From Candidatus Omnitrophota bacterium (GTDB lineage Bacteria > Omnitrophota > Gorgyraeia > JAFGGP01), in contig JAFGGP010000050.1 in NCBI GenBank assembly GCA_016930485.1, forward strand, positions 15,370-79,369: a stretch of DNA of 64,000 bases. Direction: 5' to 3'. Both the position numbers and the translations under genes were made by a program. The notes under the pieces were generated by a model. The model had not been told where the DNA came from, did not search any database, and saw only the letters and a program-made list of their open reading frames with translations. This document shows, piece after piece, positions 40,403 through 49,825 of the stretch (within the stretch, counting starts at the first letter, position 1; each line of letters begins with the position of its first letter).

Positions 40403-41269
40403 ATGAAAGAACTTATCGTAAAAACATGTGTACTTCGTGCCGCAGGGACGAACTGCGATAGAGAGACAGCCTATGCATTTGAACGCGCAGGCGCCCGATC
40501 GGAGATTATCCATATCAACCAGTTTGTCTCTCGCACCCGCACGCTGAACGAATTTCATATTCTGGCCATCCCGGGCGGATTTACCTATGGCGATGATGTT
40601 AGCTCAGGTAAGATACTGGCAAACGAACTGAAATATAATTTGTTTGATGATATCCGCCGCTTTGTAGAACAGGGGCGATTGATTATCGGTATCTGCAACG
40701 GCTTTCAAGTGCTGGTTAAATCGGGTCTCCTGCCGGATGTTGCCGGCGATTGTGAGATTGAGGCCTCACTTGTTTTAAATAACTCGGGCAAGTTCGAGGA
40801 CTGTTGGGTATATCTTAAACCTCCCCGGCCCATTACACGCTGTGTGTGGACGAACGGCATAGAGAGGGTTATCTATCTGCCTGTTGCGCACGGCGAAGGA
40901 AAGTTTGTGGTTAAGGGTAACACTGTACTTTCTTTACTCAAGGAGAATAACCAGATTGTATTTCGTTACTGTACCCCGGACGGCTCGCCAGGTCCGTTCC
41001 CGGTAAACCCCAACGGCTCGCTCGATGATATCGCCGGCATCTGTGACCCTACCGGCAGGATTTTAGGAATGATGCCACATCCGGAGAGGCACATTACTTT
41101 CTTTCATCATCCGCACTGGCACAGATGTTCCGAGAGAAAACAGGGTGACGGATTGAATATATTTGAGAACGGCGTTCAATATATTCAGAAGACGATACTT
41201 ACACAAGAATCAGGAGACATATCACAAGTCGCAGATAATGCAAATATCAAAAATCAAATGTCAAAATGA
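40403..41269 (+). CDS. purQ: FGAM synthase glutamine amidotransferase subunit
   Basis: GICNGFQ (Cys nucleophile) and MMPHPER motifs. The last ~15 codons run into the downstream repeat. Confidence 0.95.
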   Translation: MKELIVKTCVLRAAGTNCDRETAYAFERAGARSEIIHINQFVSRTRTLNEFHILAIPGGFTYGDDVSSGKILANELKYNLFDDIRRFVEQGRLIIGICNGFQVLVKSGLLPDVAGDCEIEASLVLNNSGKFEDCWVYLKPPRPITRCVWTNGIERVIYLPVAHGEGKFVVKGNTVLSLLKENNQIVFRYCTPDGSPGPFPVNPNGSLDDIAGICDPTGRILGMMPHPERHITFFHHPHWHRCSERKQGDGLNIFENGVQYIQKTILTQESGDISQVADNANIKNQMSK

Positions 41270-41445
41270 CCCTTCGATGCAACTCAGGGCAGGCAAACGT
41301 AAAATTCAAAAAGATTTTTTTAAAAATATTTACATTTTGATATGTCACTTTGATTTTCTTGTCCTGAGCGGCTAAGCCAAACTAAGTCGAAGGATGCATC
41401 TTGATTTTTGATTTAAAAAACTGGTGTCTTGGTGACTTTGAGAAG
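41215..41445. repeat. Composite nested palindromic element (about 230 nt)
   Basis: Outer arms ATCAAAAATCAAATG / CATCTTGATTTTTGATTT. Middle module CCTTCGATGCAACTCAGGGCAGGC / CTTGTCCTGAGCGGCTAAGCCAAACTAAGTCGAAGG. Inner arms AAAATTCAAAAAG / CATTTTGATATGTCACTTTGATTTT. Confidence 0.8.
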
Positions 41446-41459
41446 AAGGAGTAAAGAAG

Positions 41460-42932
41460 ATGTCTGCAAAACATAAGTGTGGTGTATTCGGAATTTTTGG
41501 CCATCCTGAAGCGGCTATGCTGACCTATTTAGGCATCTATGCGCTACAGCATCGGGGTGAAGAATCGGCAGGCATTGCTACTACCGATGGAAAAAAACTT
41601 TACAGCTACAAAGGGATGGGTCTTGTCGGTGATGTATTTAATGAGGAAATTCTGAAACGGTTAGAAGGCACCAGCGCTATCGGCCACGTAAGATATTCAA
41701 CGGCAGGATCGAGTCTCTTGAAAAATGCACAGCCTTTGGTGGTTGACTATGCCAAGGGGACGCTCGCCATCGCCCATAACGGTAATCTGGTTAACGCAAA
41801 TTTACTCAGGGATCAGCTCGAGGCATACGGCTCGATATTTCAGACGACCTTGGACAGCGAGATTATCGTTCATCTGATGGCAAAGCCCGAATATGCAACA
41901 CAGGAAGAAGGGCTTCTGCGATCCCTCCAGGCGATTAAAGGGGCCTATTCTCTGCTTCTCTTGAATAAGGAATATATGATTGGCGTCCGCGACCCGCACG
42001 GATTCCGTCCGTTGGTGCTGGGCAGATTTCAGAACGCCTATGTATTGGCGTCCGAGACGTGCGCGCTCGATCTTCTGGAGGCAGAATTTATAAGGGAAAT
42101 CGAACCGGGTGAGGTGGTTTTTATCAGCAAGAAAGGCATTCGTTCGGAAAAGCCGTTTGCAAAAAAACCGACCCGCACCTCGCACTGTATTTTTGAACAT
42201 GTCTACTTTGCCCGGCCCGATTCTTTTCTGTTTGGGGACACGGTCCATCTTGTCCGCGAGAATCTAGGCAGACAGCTTGCCCGGGAGCACCCGGTCAAGG
42301 CCGATATTGTCATACCGGTGCCGGACTCCGGAAACTCTGCGGCGTTAGGCTACAGTGCCGAGAGCGGCATACCGCTTGAGCAGGGTCTCATTAGAAATCA
42401 TTATATCGGAAGGACCTTTATTCAGCCGGCGCAGGGCATCAGGGATTTCAAAGTCAGGGTAAAGATTAATTTTTTAAAGGAGGTGCTGAAGGGCAAGCGA
42501 GTTGTTATTATCGATGATTCAATCGTGCGTGGCACTACCTGCAAAAAATATGTGAAGAATCTCAGAGATGCGGGTGCGGAAGAGGTGCATATGAGAATCA
42601 GTTGTCCGCCGATCAAACACCCCTGTTTTTACGGTATTGATTTTCCGAGCCCAAAAGAACTGATTGCCTCGGGGCATTCTATCGAAGAGATCAGGAGGTT
42701 TCTCGGAGCGGATTCGCTGGGGTATCTTTCGCTCGAAGGACTTCTCAATGCCGTAAGCGGACCCGATACACACTACTGCACGGCCTGTTATAGCGGGGAA
42801 TATCCGACCGAAACCGGTACCTATACCGACAAGCTGCATCTGGAGCGCGAGCGCATAGGCACTATCGGTGAGGGGCCGGCAGGGGAGCAGGATCACAGGA
42901 AGGGGATCAAAAAGATATGGCCGTTAAGCTGA
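41460..42932 (+). CDS. purF: Amidophosphoribosyltransferase
   Basis: The CGVFGIF N-terminal nucleophile follows a short propeptide. PRTase motif VVIIDDSIVRGTT and a C-terminal Cys cluster are present. Confidence 0.95.
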   Translation: MSAKHKCGVFGIFGHPEAAMLTYLGIYALQHRGEESAGIATTDGKKLYSYKGMGLVGDVFNEEILKRLEGTSAIGHVRYSTAGSSLLKNAQPLVVDYAKGTLAIAHNGNLVNANLLRDQLEAYGSIFQTTLDSEIIVHLMAKPEYATQEEGLLRSLQAIKGAYSLLLLNKEYMIGVRDPHGFRPLVLGRFQNAYVLASETCALDLLEAEFIREIEPGEVVFISKKGIRSEKPFAKKPTRTSHCIFEHVYFARPDSFLFGDTVHLVRENLGRQLAREHPVKADIVIPVPDSGNSAALGYSAESGIPLEQGLIRNHYIGRTFIQPAQGIRDFKVRVKINFLKEVLKGKRVVIIDDSIVRGTTCKKYVKNLRDAGAEEVHMRISCPPIKHPCFYGIDFPSPKELIASGHSIEEIRRFLGADSLGYLSLEGLLNAVSGPDTHYCTACYSGEYPTETGTYTDKLHLERERIGTIGEGPAGEQDHRKGIKKIWPLS

Positions 42933-43915
42933 CCTATAAAAAAAGCGGTGTTGACGTAAAAAAGGCCGATCTATTTGTTCAGGGCATCCGATCGGTGATC
43001 GCCACAACTCCTCAGAGGGGCGTTCTGAGGGATGTAGGGTGTTTTGCGTCTCTCTACGATGCCGGACTTTCCCGCTACCGAAACCCCATTCTGGTCTCCT
43101 CCACGGACGGTGTCGGGACAAAAATAAAGATTGCCCGGCTGCTTAATTGTTACTCGACGATAGGCATCGACCTGGTGGCTATGAATGTGAATGATATTAT
43201 TACTGTCGGCGCACGACCCCTGTTTTTTCTGGACTATATTGCGACCGGCAGGGTGCGGCCTCGCCAGTTAACCGATATCGTCAGAGGTATCGCAGCGGGT
43301 TGCATTGAGGCGGACTGTGCCCTTTTGGGCGGGGAGACCGCCGAGATGCCCGGTATCTACCAGAAGGGAGACTTTGACCTGGCCGGTTTTTGTGTCGGGG
43401 TATGCGAAAAAAGACAGCTGCTTTCCCCGGAAAAGATGCGCCCCGGTGACCGGATTATCGGCGTTGCATCGAGCGGTGTTCACTCAAACGGCTTTTCGCT
43501 GGTGCGCAGGATATTCAGCGAGGGCTCACTCCGGAAGGATAAACACCTGGCAAAAGAACTGCTGACGCCGACACGCATTTATGTAAAATGTGTAGAGCGG
43601 GTTATGGCGCAATGCAGACTGCATGCTGTTATTCATGTTACCGGAGGCGGTTTCCACAGGAGGATTGTCACGTTCTTAAACCGTGTGCTTGGAAAAAGGG
43701 GGCGTGCCGAGGTGGATGTCAAGGCATGGCCGGCTCCCGAGATTTTTCGGGTCATCCAGAAGAAGGGTGGCATATCGACCCGTGAGATGTTTCATACGTT
43801 TAATATGGGGGTCGGGCTGGTTCTTGTCTGTGCCAGACAGGATACAGATAGGGCCCTGAACGCAGTGCAACAAAGCGGTTTTGATGCGTGGGTAATCGGG
43901 CGGATAACTAAATAG
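42917..43915 (+). CDS. purM: AIR synthetase
   Basis: LTYKKSGVD, DGVGTK, DMLAxNxND-like MNVNDIIT and GGETAEMPG motifs. 16-nt overlap with purF. Confidence 0.95.
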   Translation: MAVKLTYKKSGVDVKKADLFVQGIRSVIATTPQRGVLRDVGCFASLYDAGLSRYRNPILVSSTDGVGTKIKIARLLNCYSTIGIDLVAMNVNDIITVGARPLFFLDYIATGRVRPRQLTDIVRGIAAGCIEADCALLGGETAEMPGIYQKGDFDLAGFCVGVCEKRQLLSPEKMRPGDRIIGVASSGVHSNGFSLVRRIFSEGSLRKDKHLAKELLTPTRIYVKCVERVMAQCRLHAVIHVTGGGFHRRIVTFLNRVLGKRGRAEVDVKAWPAPEIFRVIQKKGGISTREMFHTFNMGVGLVLVCARQDTDRALNAVQQSGFDAWVIGRITK

Positions 43916-43980
43916 ACACAGGACACATGACACAAGACACAGGTAAAATACTTGTGACCTGTGACATGTGACCGGTGACT
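43916..43980. repeat. Heptamer-unit hairpin ((GACACAN)x4, TAAAATAC loop, (TGTGACN)x4)
   Basis: Begins at the base after the purM stop codon. Same family as 37381 and the intragenic array at 58274. Confidence 0.85.
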
Positions 43981-43993
43981 CGAAAAGATTATT

Positions 43994-45286
43994 ATGAAGA
44001 AAAAAGTACTGGTTATCGGTTCAGGCGGCAGGGAACACGCCCTGGTATGGAAGCTCTCGCAGAGTCATCGCGTCGGAAAGATATATGCAGTTCCGGGAAA
44101 CGGCGGGATGAGAGAGATGGCAGAGACTATCCCTATAGATGTCGGCGATCTTGAACAAATAGCTGTTTTTGCCAAGGAAAAAGGGATCGACTTAACTATT
44201 GTTGGCCCTGAGGCACCGCTTGTCAGTGGTATAGTTAACCTATTCAATGAAAATGGGTTACGAATATTCGGTCCGACAAAAGAGGCAGCACAATTAGAGG
44301 GGAGCAAGGTTTTTACCAAGCGGCTTCTTAAGGAGGCGGGTATCCCAACGGCCGACTTTCAGGTATGTGAGAATAGCAACGAGGCAAAGGCCTTTATTAA
44401 GGACAAAGGGGCCCCGTTAGTCATTAAGGCGGACGGTCTGTGTGCCGGCAAGGGTGTTATCGTAGCCCTCTCAGAGGAGGAGGCGCTTGCCGCGGTCGAT
44501 TCTATTATGATCGACCGGAAATTTGGCGCCAGCGGTTCGCAGATTTTGATTGAAGAACTTCTCACGGGGGAAGAGGCCTCTATTATTGCCTTTGTCGACG
44601 GCAGTGATTTTTTGCTGCTTCCCTCCTCCCAGGATCATAAGAGGGTCGGCGATAATGATACAGGGGCGAATACCGGCGGCATGGGGGCGTATTCACCGGC
44701 CCCGGTTATCACCGGGGAGCTTTTGAAAGAGATAGAAGAGACGGTAATCGCCCCGACTATCGCGGCGATGGGCAGGAAAGGCATGCTGTTTAACGGGGTG
44801 CTCTATTGCGGACTTATGATTACCCGAAGAGGTCCTCAGGTGTTGGAGTATAATGTGCGGTTCGGAGACCCGGAGGTTCAGGCGATACTGCCGCGTCTTA
44901 CAGGAGATCTTATGGAGTATCTTGAGGCAACCGTTGACGGTACCCTGGCGCAGCAAACCGTTACCGTTGACCAAAGAGATTGTGTGTGCGTCGTTCTCGC
45001 CTCGGGCGGTTATCCGGAGAATTATGAAAAGGGAAAGGTAATTACCGGGCTTGAGAAAATAAGGAACCGGGAGGATGTTATTGTATTTCATGCGGGCACC
45101 AGACAGGGGACGGACACCCTTCTGACAAACGGGGGCAGGGTGTTAAATGTGGTCGCCCTTGGTGACGGGATAGAGCAGGCTATCGATACCGCCTACGCCG
45201 CTATCAGGGATATCCGTTTTGAGGGGATGTATTACAGGAGCGATATAGGATTCCGGGCATTACAAAGAAATAATCTAAAACCCTAA
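43994..45286 (+). CDS. purD: GAR synthetase
   Basis: MKKKVLVIGSGGREHAL, GANTGGMGAY and EYNVRFGDPE motifs. Confidence 0.95.
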   Translation: MKKKVLVIGSGGREHALVWKLSQSHRVGKIYAVPGNGGMREMAETIPIDVGDLEQIAVFAKEKGIDLTIVGPEAPLVSGIVNLFNENGLRIFGPTKEAAQLEGSKVFTKRLLKEAGIPTADFQVCENSNEAKAFIKDKGAPLVIKADGLCAGKGVIVALSEEEALAAVDSIMIDRKFGASGSQILIEELLTGEEASIIAFVDGSDFLLLPSSQDHKRVGDNDTGANTGGMGAYSPAPVITGELLKEIEETVIAPTIAAMGRKGMLFNGVLYCGLMITRRGPQVLEYNVRFGDPEVQAILPRLTGDLMEYLEATVDGTLAQQTVTVDQRDCVCVVLASGGYPENYEKGKVITGLEKIRNREDVIVFHAGTRQGTDTLLTNGGRVLNVVALGDGIEQAIDTAYAAIRDIRFEGMYYRSDIGFRALQRNNLKP

Positions 45287-45436
45287 ACTCTAAATCCGAA
45301 ATCCTAAATAAATCCAAAATTCAAATGACCAAAACCCAAAACAAAAAATGATAAGGAAGTTTTGAACATTTTGATTTTGAGTTTTGAGCTTATTTAGAAT
45401 TTAGAGTTTTGGATTTTAGGATTTATTTAATAAGAA
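45265..45436. repeat. Large heptamer-unit hairpin (CTAAA(T/C)N / AAATCCN arm versus NGATTT / TTTAG arm)
   Basis: Arms of about 70 nt flank the loop AAAAAATGATAAGGAA. The left arm begins within the last purD codons. Confidence 0.8.
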
Positions 45437-45462
45437 TAAAGAATAGAAAGCAGGGGGGTAGT

Positions 45463-45975
45463 ATGGCAACAAAAAAGAAACCCGTAGTTAGCATAGTGAT
45501 GGGCAGCGATTCCGATGCTCCACATCTTAAAGATGCCGTCGCGGTTCTGGAGGAATTTGGAATAGGATATGAGGTACGCGTGCTTTCCGCTCATCGCACG
45601 CCGGATGAGGCGGCGCGCTATGCAAAAGGCGCACGAAAGCGAGGCATCAACGTTATTATCGCAGCCGCCGGAGGCGCGGCCCACCTGCCCGGGGTTCTCG
45701 GTTCGCTTACCGGCATTCCCGTTATCGGCGTCCCTATGATGACCAGGGCCTTCAAAGGGATCGATTCACTCTTATCTATATTGCAGATGCCCAAGGGTAT
45801 TCCGGTTGCGACAATGGCTGTTGGGTCGGCGGGCGGCAGAAATGCGGCACTGTATGCGGTGCGCATTCTCGCACTCACAGACCGGCGCATAGAAACCAGG
45901 CTCGGCAGGCATATCAAGGACATGGCACAACAGGTGCTGTCAAAGGACAGAAGGGTCAAGAGGCAGTTTGCATAG
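45463..45975 (+). CDS. purE: N5-CAIR mutase / AIR carboxylase catalytic subunit
   Basis: VVSIVMGSDSD, SAHRTP and AGGAAHLPG motifs. Start trimmed to the ATG at 45463; the upstream part of the track ORF lies in the repeat. Confidence 0.93.
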   Translation: MATKKKPVVSIVMGSDSDAPHLKDAVAVLEEFGIGYEVRVLSAHRTPDEAARYAKGARKRGINVIIAAAGGAAHLPGVLGSLTGIPVIGVPMMTRAFKGIDSLLSILQMPKGIPVATMAVGSAGGRNAALYAVRILALTDRRIETRLGRHIKDMAQQVLSKDRRVKRQFA

Positions 45976-46554
45976 ATGAGGCTGGTAGAACTGAATCCGC
46001 AGAAACCCGACACGGCAATTATCGAAGAGGCGGCGTCAATCTTAGAAGAGGGCGGCCTTATTATCTTTCCGACAGAGACGGTGTACGGATTGGCGGTTCT
46101 GGTTGATAACCAGCCGGCGGTTGAGAAGTTATATCAGTTAAAAAACCGATCTTTTGACAAACCGCTTACCCTGCATATTCACGATCGTGCCGCTGTAGAA
46201 GAGATTATCGATACAATTCCGCCGTGCGCACAGGAGCTGATGGGCCGCTACTGGCCCGGTCCGCTGACGATCGTTATGCTGGCGGGAGACGGCGGCAAGG
46301 TCGGTTTTCGTATGCCGCGCAATGTCATTGCCCGTGAGATCATCGGGGCCACCGCCGGTCTGATCGGCGCGACAAGCGCTAATGTCAGCGGGGCGGTACC
46401 GCCGCTTACTGTCTCGGATATCCCGCAGCGCCTTTTGGACGATGTCGATCTGGTTATTGATGGAGGCAGGACAGAGTACGACGGGGCATCGACAATCGTT
46501 GATGTGAGTAATGGCACGCCCGTTATTGTGCGACAAGGACCGATAACGATATAA
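45976..46554 (+). CDS. tsaC: L-threonylcarbamoyladenylate synthase (YwlC/TsaC/Sua5 family)
   Basis: PTETVYGLA, RMPRN and SANVSG motifs. 192 aa single-domain form. Confidence 0.9.
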   Translation: MRLVELNPQKPDTAIIEEAASILEEGGLIIFPTETVYGLAVLVDNQPAVEKLYQLKNRSFDKPLTLHIHDRAAVEEIIDTIPPCAQELMGRYWPGPLTIVMLAGDGGKVGFRMPRNVIAREIIGATAGLIGATSANVSGAVPPLTVSDIPQRLLDDVDLVIDGGRTEYDGASTIVDVSNGTPVIVRQGPITI

Positions 46555-46558
46555 CTCT

Positions 46559-46622
46559 GAGCCATCAGCCGTCAGTTATCAGCCTTAAGCTGCTGAAAGC
46601 TGACAGCGGATAGCCGAAGGCT
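46559..46622. repeat. Heptamer-unit hairpin (TCAGC/GCTGA family)
   Basis: GCCATCAGCCGTCAGTTATCAGCCTTAAGC / TGCTGAAAGCTGACAGCGGATAGCCGAAGGC. Same unit family as 40335. Confidence 0.8.
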
Positions 46623-46626
46623 TACA

Positions 46627-47148
46627 ATGGCCGACAAGAACACCAGGACTGTTTTGTTTGTATGCACCGGCAACAGCTGTCGCAGCGCAATGGCCAAGGG
46701 GCTGCTTGAAGACTTAGTGAGCAGGCGCCAGGATGAGTTGAGAGAAAAGGTGCCCGGGGTGCAGGTGGTGGTGAGGTCGGCCGGTGTTATGGCGCTACCC
46801 GGATTTGCGGCAAGCGCCGGTGCCATTGAGGCGATGCGGGAAACAGGGATCGATATATCGTTCCATCTGACACAACCGCTTACCAATGAGATGATCGACG
46901 AGGCCGATCTCATTCTGGTCATGGAAGAGCGCCATCTGGAAGAGATAATTAACAGAAGGCCGGGGGCGCGGGATAAGGCTTTTTTGCTCAAGATATACGG
47001 CTTACATGAGGAGGAAGGGGGAAAGCTTGCAGATCGGGACGTTGCCGATCCGATCGGAAAGCCGCTTGAGGGATATCAGTGTTCTCTGGCCGAAATCAGG
47101 GAATACGTAGAGAGGGTGTTTGAAAAATTTATCTTAGAGAAAGAATAA
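46627..47148 (+). CDS. Low-molecular-weight protein phosphatase (YwlE-like Arg/Tyr phosphatase)
   Basis: P-loop VCTGNSCRS and a DVADP segment carrying the general-acid Asp. Confidence 0.88.
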   Translation: MADKNTRTVLFVCTGNSCRSAMAKGLLEDLVSRRQDELREKVPGVQVVVRSAGVMALPGFAASAGAIEAMRETGIDISFHLTQPLTNEMIDEADLILVMEERHLEEIINRRPGARDKAFLLKIYGLHEEEGGKLADRDVADPIGKPLEGYQCSLAEIREYVERVFEKFILEKE

Positions 47149-47512
47149 CCGCCAGTTCACGAGTTATCGAGTTGAACATGGTTAGCGAGTTAGCCAGTTC
47201 GCGGGTTAGCGGGTTCACCAGTTAACGAGTTGGAAATAGTGAACGAGTTTGCCGGTTCTACCCTTCGACTTTGCTCAGGGCAGGCGAGTTCACGAGTTCT
47301 TCTTTAGCGTGCAGCCCTTTGATAAACTCAGGACAAGCGATTAGCGGCTAGCGTATAGAAAAAGAAAAAATCTAACCACTAAACGCTATCCGCTAGACGC
47401 TATAACGAACCCGAAGAACCCGTTGAACTCGAAGAACCAATGAACTATTTTTAAACCCGAGCAACTCGAAGAACCCGCGAACCCGGGCAACCCAAAGAAC
47501 TTTGAGGAGCAG
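47149..47512. repeat. Composite repeat region (about 360 nt) with CGAGTTN/GAACTCG heptamer arms and inner TAGCG/CGCTA hairpin
   Basis: Left arm is CAGTTCACGAGTTATCGAGTTGAAC... and right arm is GAACCCGAAGAACCCGTTGAACTCGAAGAACC... . Also contains CCTTCGACTTTGCTCAGGGCAGGC modules shared with 41270. Confidence 0.8.
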
Positions 47513-47515
47513 GCA

Positions 47516-47974
47516 ATGAAAATCGCTATCGGATCAGATCACAGAGGCTACCCGTTAAAACAGGAATTGATCGCTTTTCTGAAGGAAAAAGGCCATGAGG
47601 TAACAGATCTCGGAACCGATAGCACCGACAGTTGCGATTATCCACTCTACAGTTTCGCAGTGGCGCGCGCAGTGAGCAATGGGGCGGCCGAGTGCGGCAT
47701 TGTCGTGTGCAATACAGGGATTGGTGTCTCTATGGTTGCGAACAAGATTAGAGGGGTGCGTGCGGCACTGTGTTATGAGACAGCCGCCGCCTCTACCGCC
47801 AGGCGGCACAACAATGCCAACGTTCTGGCGCTGGGGGCGGGCTACCTTACCGCTCGGACGGCCAAGGAGATAACACAGGCGTTTTTAACCGGGCAATTTG
47901 AAGGCGGAAGGCACAAGAGACGCGTTGATCAGATAAGCGATATAGAAAATCAGACAGAAGACAATAGACTATAG
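47516..47974 (+). CDS. rpiB: Ribose-5-phosphate isomerase B
   Basis: MKIAIGSDHRGY, VCNTGIGVSMVANK and RRHNNANVLALG motifs. Confidence 0.93.
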   Translation: MKIAIGSDHRGYPLKQELIAFLKEKGHEVTDLGTDSTDSCDYPLYSFAVARAVSNGAAECGIVVCNTGIGVSMVANKIRGVRAALCYETAAASTARRHNNANVLALGAGYLTARTAKEITQAFLTGQFEGGRHKRRVDQISDIENQTEDNRL

Positions 47975-48300
47975 ACCAAGAGTTAAAAAGGGCACCAGTG
48001 ACTTTCAATGACAGATGACAAATTTCCCTGCTAAAGAGCTGGCAGGCAAATGACAAATGAATCGTTTAATGACAAATCCCAAAAAAAGAAATAAAAAGAT
48101 TTTTTGATTTATTTACCCGTCTCGCCACACTGTGTGGCGAGATATCGCCTTTGGCGGAAAAGCTGAGCGCTGAGAGCTAAAAGCTTAAAAAATACATAGT
48201 TCGCGAGTTCGCGGGTTGAAAGTAGTTAACAAAGCGAGTTCTTGGGTTTTTTGAACTCGAAGAACCCGTGAACCCAAATAACCCGAGGAACCAGTAAAAG
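47975..48300. repeat. Composite repeat region mixing AATGACA, GCTGAG and GAGTTC/GAACTC heptamer arrays plus a CTCGCCACA/TGTGGCGAG hairpin
   Basis: Read directly. Shares unit families with 40335, 47149 and 49588. Confidence 0.75.
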
Positions 48301-48309
48301 GAGTACGAG

Positions 48310-49587
48310 ATGTTTCTTAAGACATTGCGAGAGGTCGACCCTGAAATTTTTGATATTATCTTCGATGAGACAAGGCGTCAGCACGAGAATATCGAGTTAA
48401 TTGCGAGCGAAAACTTTACCTCGGAGGCGGTGCTTGAGGCGCAGGGCTCGGTTCTGACCAACAAGTATGCCGAGGGCTACCCGGCGGCCCGCTGGTACGG
48501 GGGATGTGAAAATGTGGACCGGGCCGAAGGCCTCGCGATTGAACGCGCAAAGAAATTATTTGGGGCCGAACACGTCAATGTACAACCGCATTCCGGGACA
48601 CAGGCCAATATCGCCGTGTATCTTGCCGCGCTTGAGGTGGGCGACGGCCTGATGGCCATGGATCTTGCCTGCGGCGGACACCTGACGCATGGACACCCGC
48701 TGAATATCTCCGGCAGATTTTATCGGATTATCCCGTATGGGGTGAGCCGCCAGAGCGAGCAGATCGACTATGATGAACTCGCGCAGACAGCCAGACGCGA
48801 GAAACCAAAGATGATCCTTGCCGGAGCAAGCGCCTATCCGCGCACTATCGACTTTGACACATTTAAGGAAATCGCCGATAGCGTCGGGGCGCTGCTTATG
48901 GTAGACATGGCGCATATTGCCGGGCTGGTTGCGGCAGGACTACATCCGTCTCCGGTGCGGATGTCCGATTACGTCACCACCACTACCCACAAGACGCTTC
49001 GTGGTCCCCGCGCAGGCATGATTCTGTGCAAAGAGGCATATGCAAAACGGATTGACCGGGATGTCTTTCCCGGTAATCAGGGCGGCCCGTTAATGCATGT
49101 TATTGCCGCAAAAGCAGTTGCACTCAAAGAGGCGCTGGAGCCCCGTTTTAAGGAGTATCAAGGGCAGATCGTTGCCAATGCCAGAACCTTGGCTGAGGAG
49201 TTGGCGGGGTTGGGCTACCGGATTGTCTCGGGCGGGACCGATAATCATCTGATGCTCGTCGATGTCCTGACGAGCCGCTCCATTACCGGCAAGGCCGCCG
49301 CGACCGCTCTCGACAGGGTAAAGATCACGGTCAATAAAAATCTGATACCGTTTGATGAAAAGTCACCCTTTGTCACCAGCGGCATCAGACTGGGCACGCC
49401 GGCGGCGACGAGCCGCGGGATGAAGGAGCCCGAAATGAAAAAAATCGCCGCTATCATCGATGCTACTTTGTCGGCCCCGGAGGACGAGGCGGTCATAGAA
49501 AAGTCTAGGAGACAGATTGCGGAGTTAACCGAACAGTTTCCGTTGTATGCCGAACGCCGGGAAGCCATGGCACTCGTCGCGAAGTAA
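48310..49587 (+). CDS. glyA: Serine hydroxymethyltransferase
   Basis: [15 protein letters not shown] and [12 protein letters not shown] (PLP Lys) motifs. Confidence 0.96.
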   Translation: MFLKTLREVDPEIFDIIFDETRRQHENIELIASENFTSEAVLEAQGSVLTNKYAEGYPAARWYGGCENVDRAEGLAIERAKKLFGAEHVNVQPHSGTQANIAVYLAALEVGDGLMAMDLACGGHLTHGHPLNISGRFYRIIPYGVSRQSEQIDYDELAQTARREKPKMILAGASAYPRTIDFDTFKEIADSVGALLMVDMAHIAGLVAAGLHPSPVRMSDYVTTTTHKTLRGPRAGMILCKEAYAKRIDRDVFPGNQGGPLMHVIAAKAVALKEALEPRFKEYQGQIVANARTLAEELAGLGYRIVSGGTDNHLMLVDVLTSRSITGKAAATALDRVKITVNKNLIPFDEKSPFVTSGIRLGTPAATSRGMKEPEMKKIAAIIDATLSAPEDEAVIEKSRRQIAELTEQFPLYAERREAMALVAK

Positions 49588-49815
49588 CCACTTCGCAATG
49601 GTAGATGTCAAATCTCAAATGACAAATGAATCACTCAAATCTAAATGACAAACACGTCTGTCATCCCGTGCTGCGACACGGGATGACAGAGAAATGTAGC
49701 CCCCATTTTGATGTGGGGGAAAATGGATTCCGGAGCAAATCCGGAATGACTCGGATTCTATTTGGATTTTAAAGATTCATTTGGGTTTTGACATTTTGAT
49801 TTTGGAATTTGAATA
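49588..49815. repeat. Multi-branch composite element: outer AAATGAC/GTCATTT-type arms enclosing three internal hairpins
   Basis: Internal hairpins are CTGTCATCCCGTG-CTGCGA-CACGGGATGACAG (13 bp perfect), CCCCCAT...ATGTGGGGG and ATTCCGG-AGCAAAT-CCGGAAT. The outer arms are TCAAATGACAAATGAATCACTCAAATCTAAATGACAAA and TTTGGATTTTAAAGATTCATTTGGGTTTTGACATTTTGATTTTGG. Confidence 0.8.
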
Positions 49816-49825
49816 AGGAGCTCCT

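Noticed and set aside
41163-41375. ORFs lying inside repeat elements (41163..41375 +, 47847..48056 -, 49769..49954 -, 45427..45684 -)
   Set aside because: They are encoded by palindromic repeat sequence, which opens frames on both strands by symmetry, and they have no translation signals.
37381-49815. Heptamer arrays as a CRISPR array or ordinary tandem-repeat satellite
   Set aside because: The units are 7 nt with no unique spacers, arrays come as complementary inverted pairs, and no cas genes are present. This is not CRISPR architecture.
49588-49815. Cloverleaf-like multi-branch element as a tRNA/tmRNA-like gene
   Set aside because: It is about 230 nt, lacks conserved T-loop (GTTCRANYC) and D-loop features and an acceptor/CCA context, and its stems match other repeat modules in the window.
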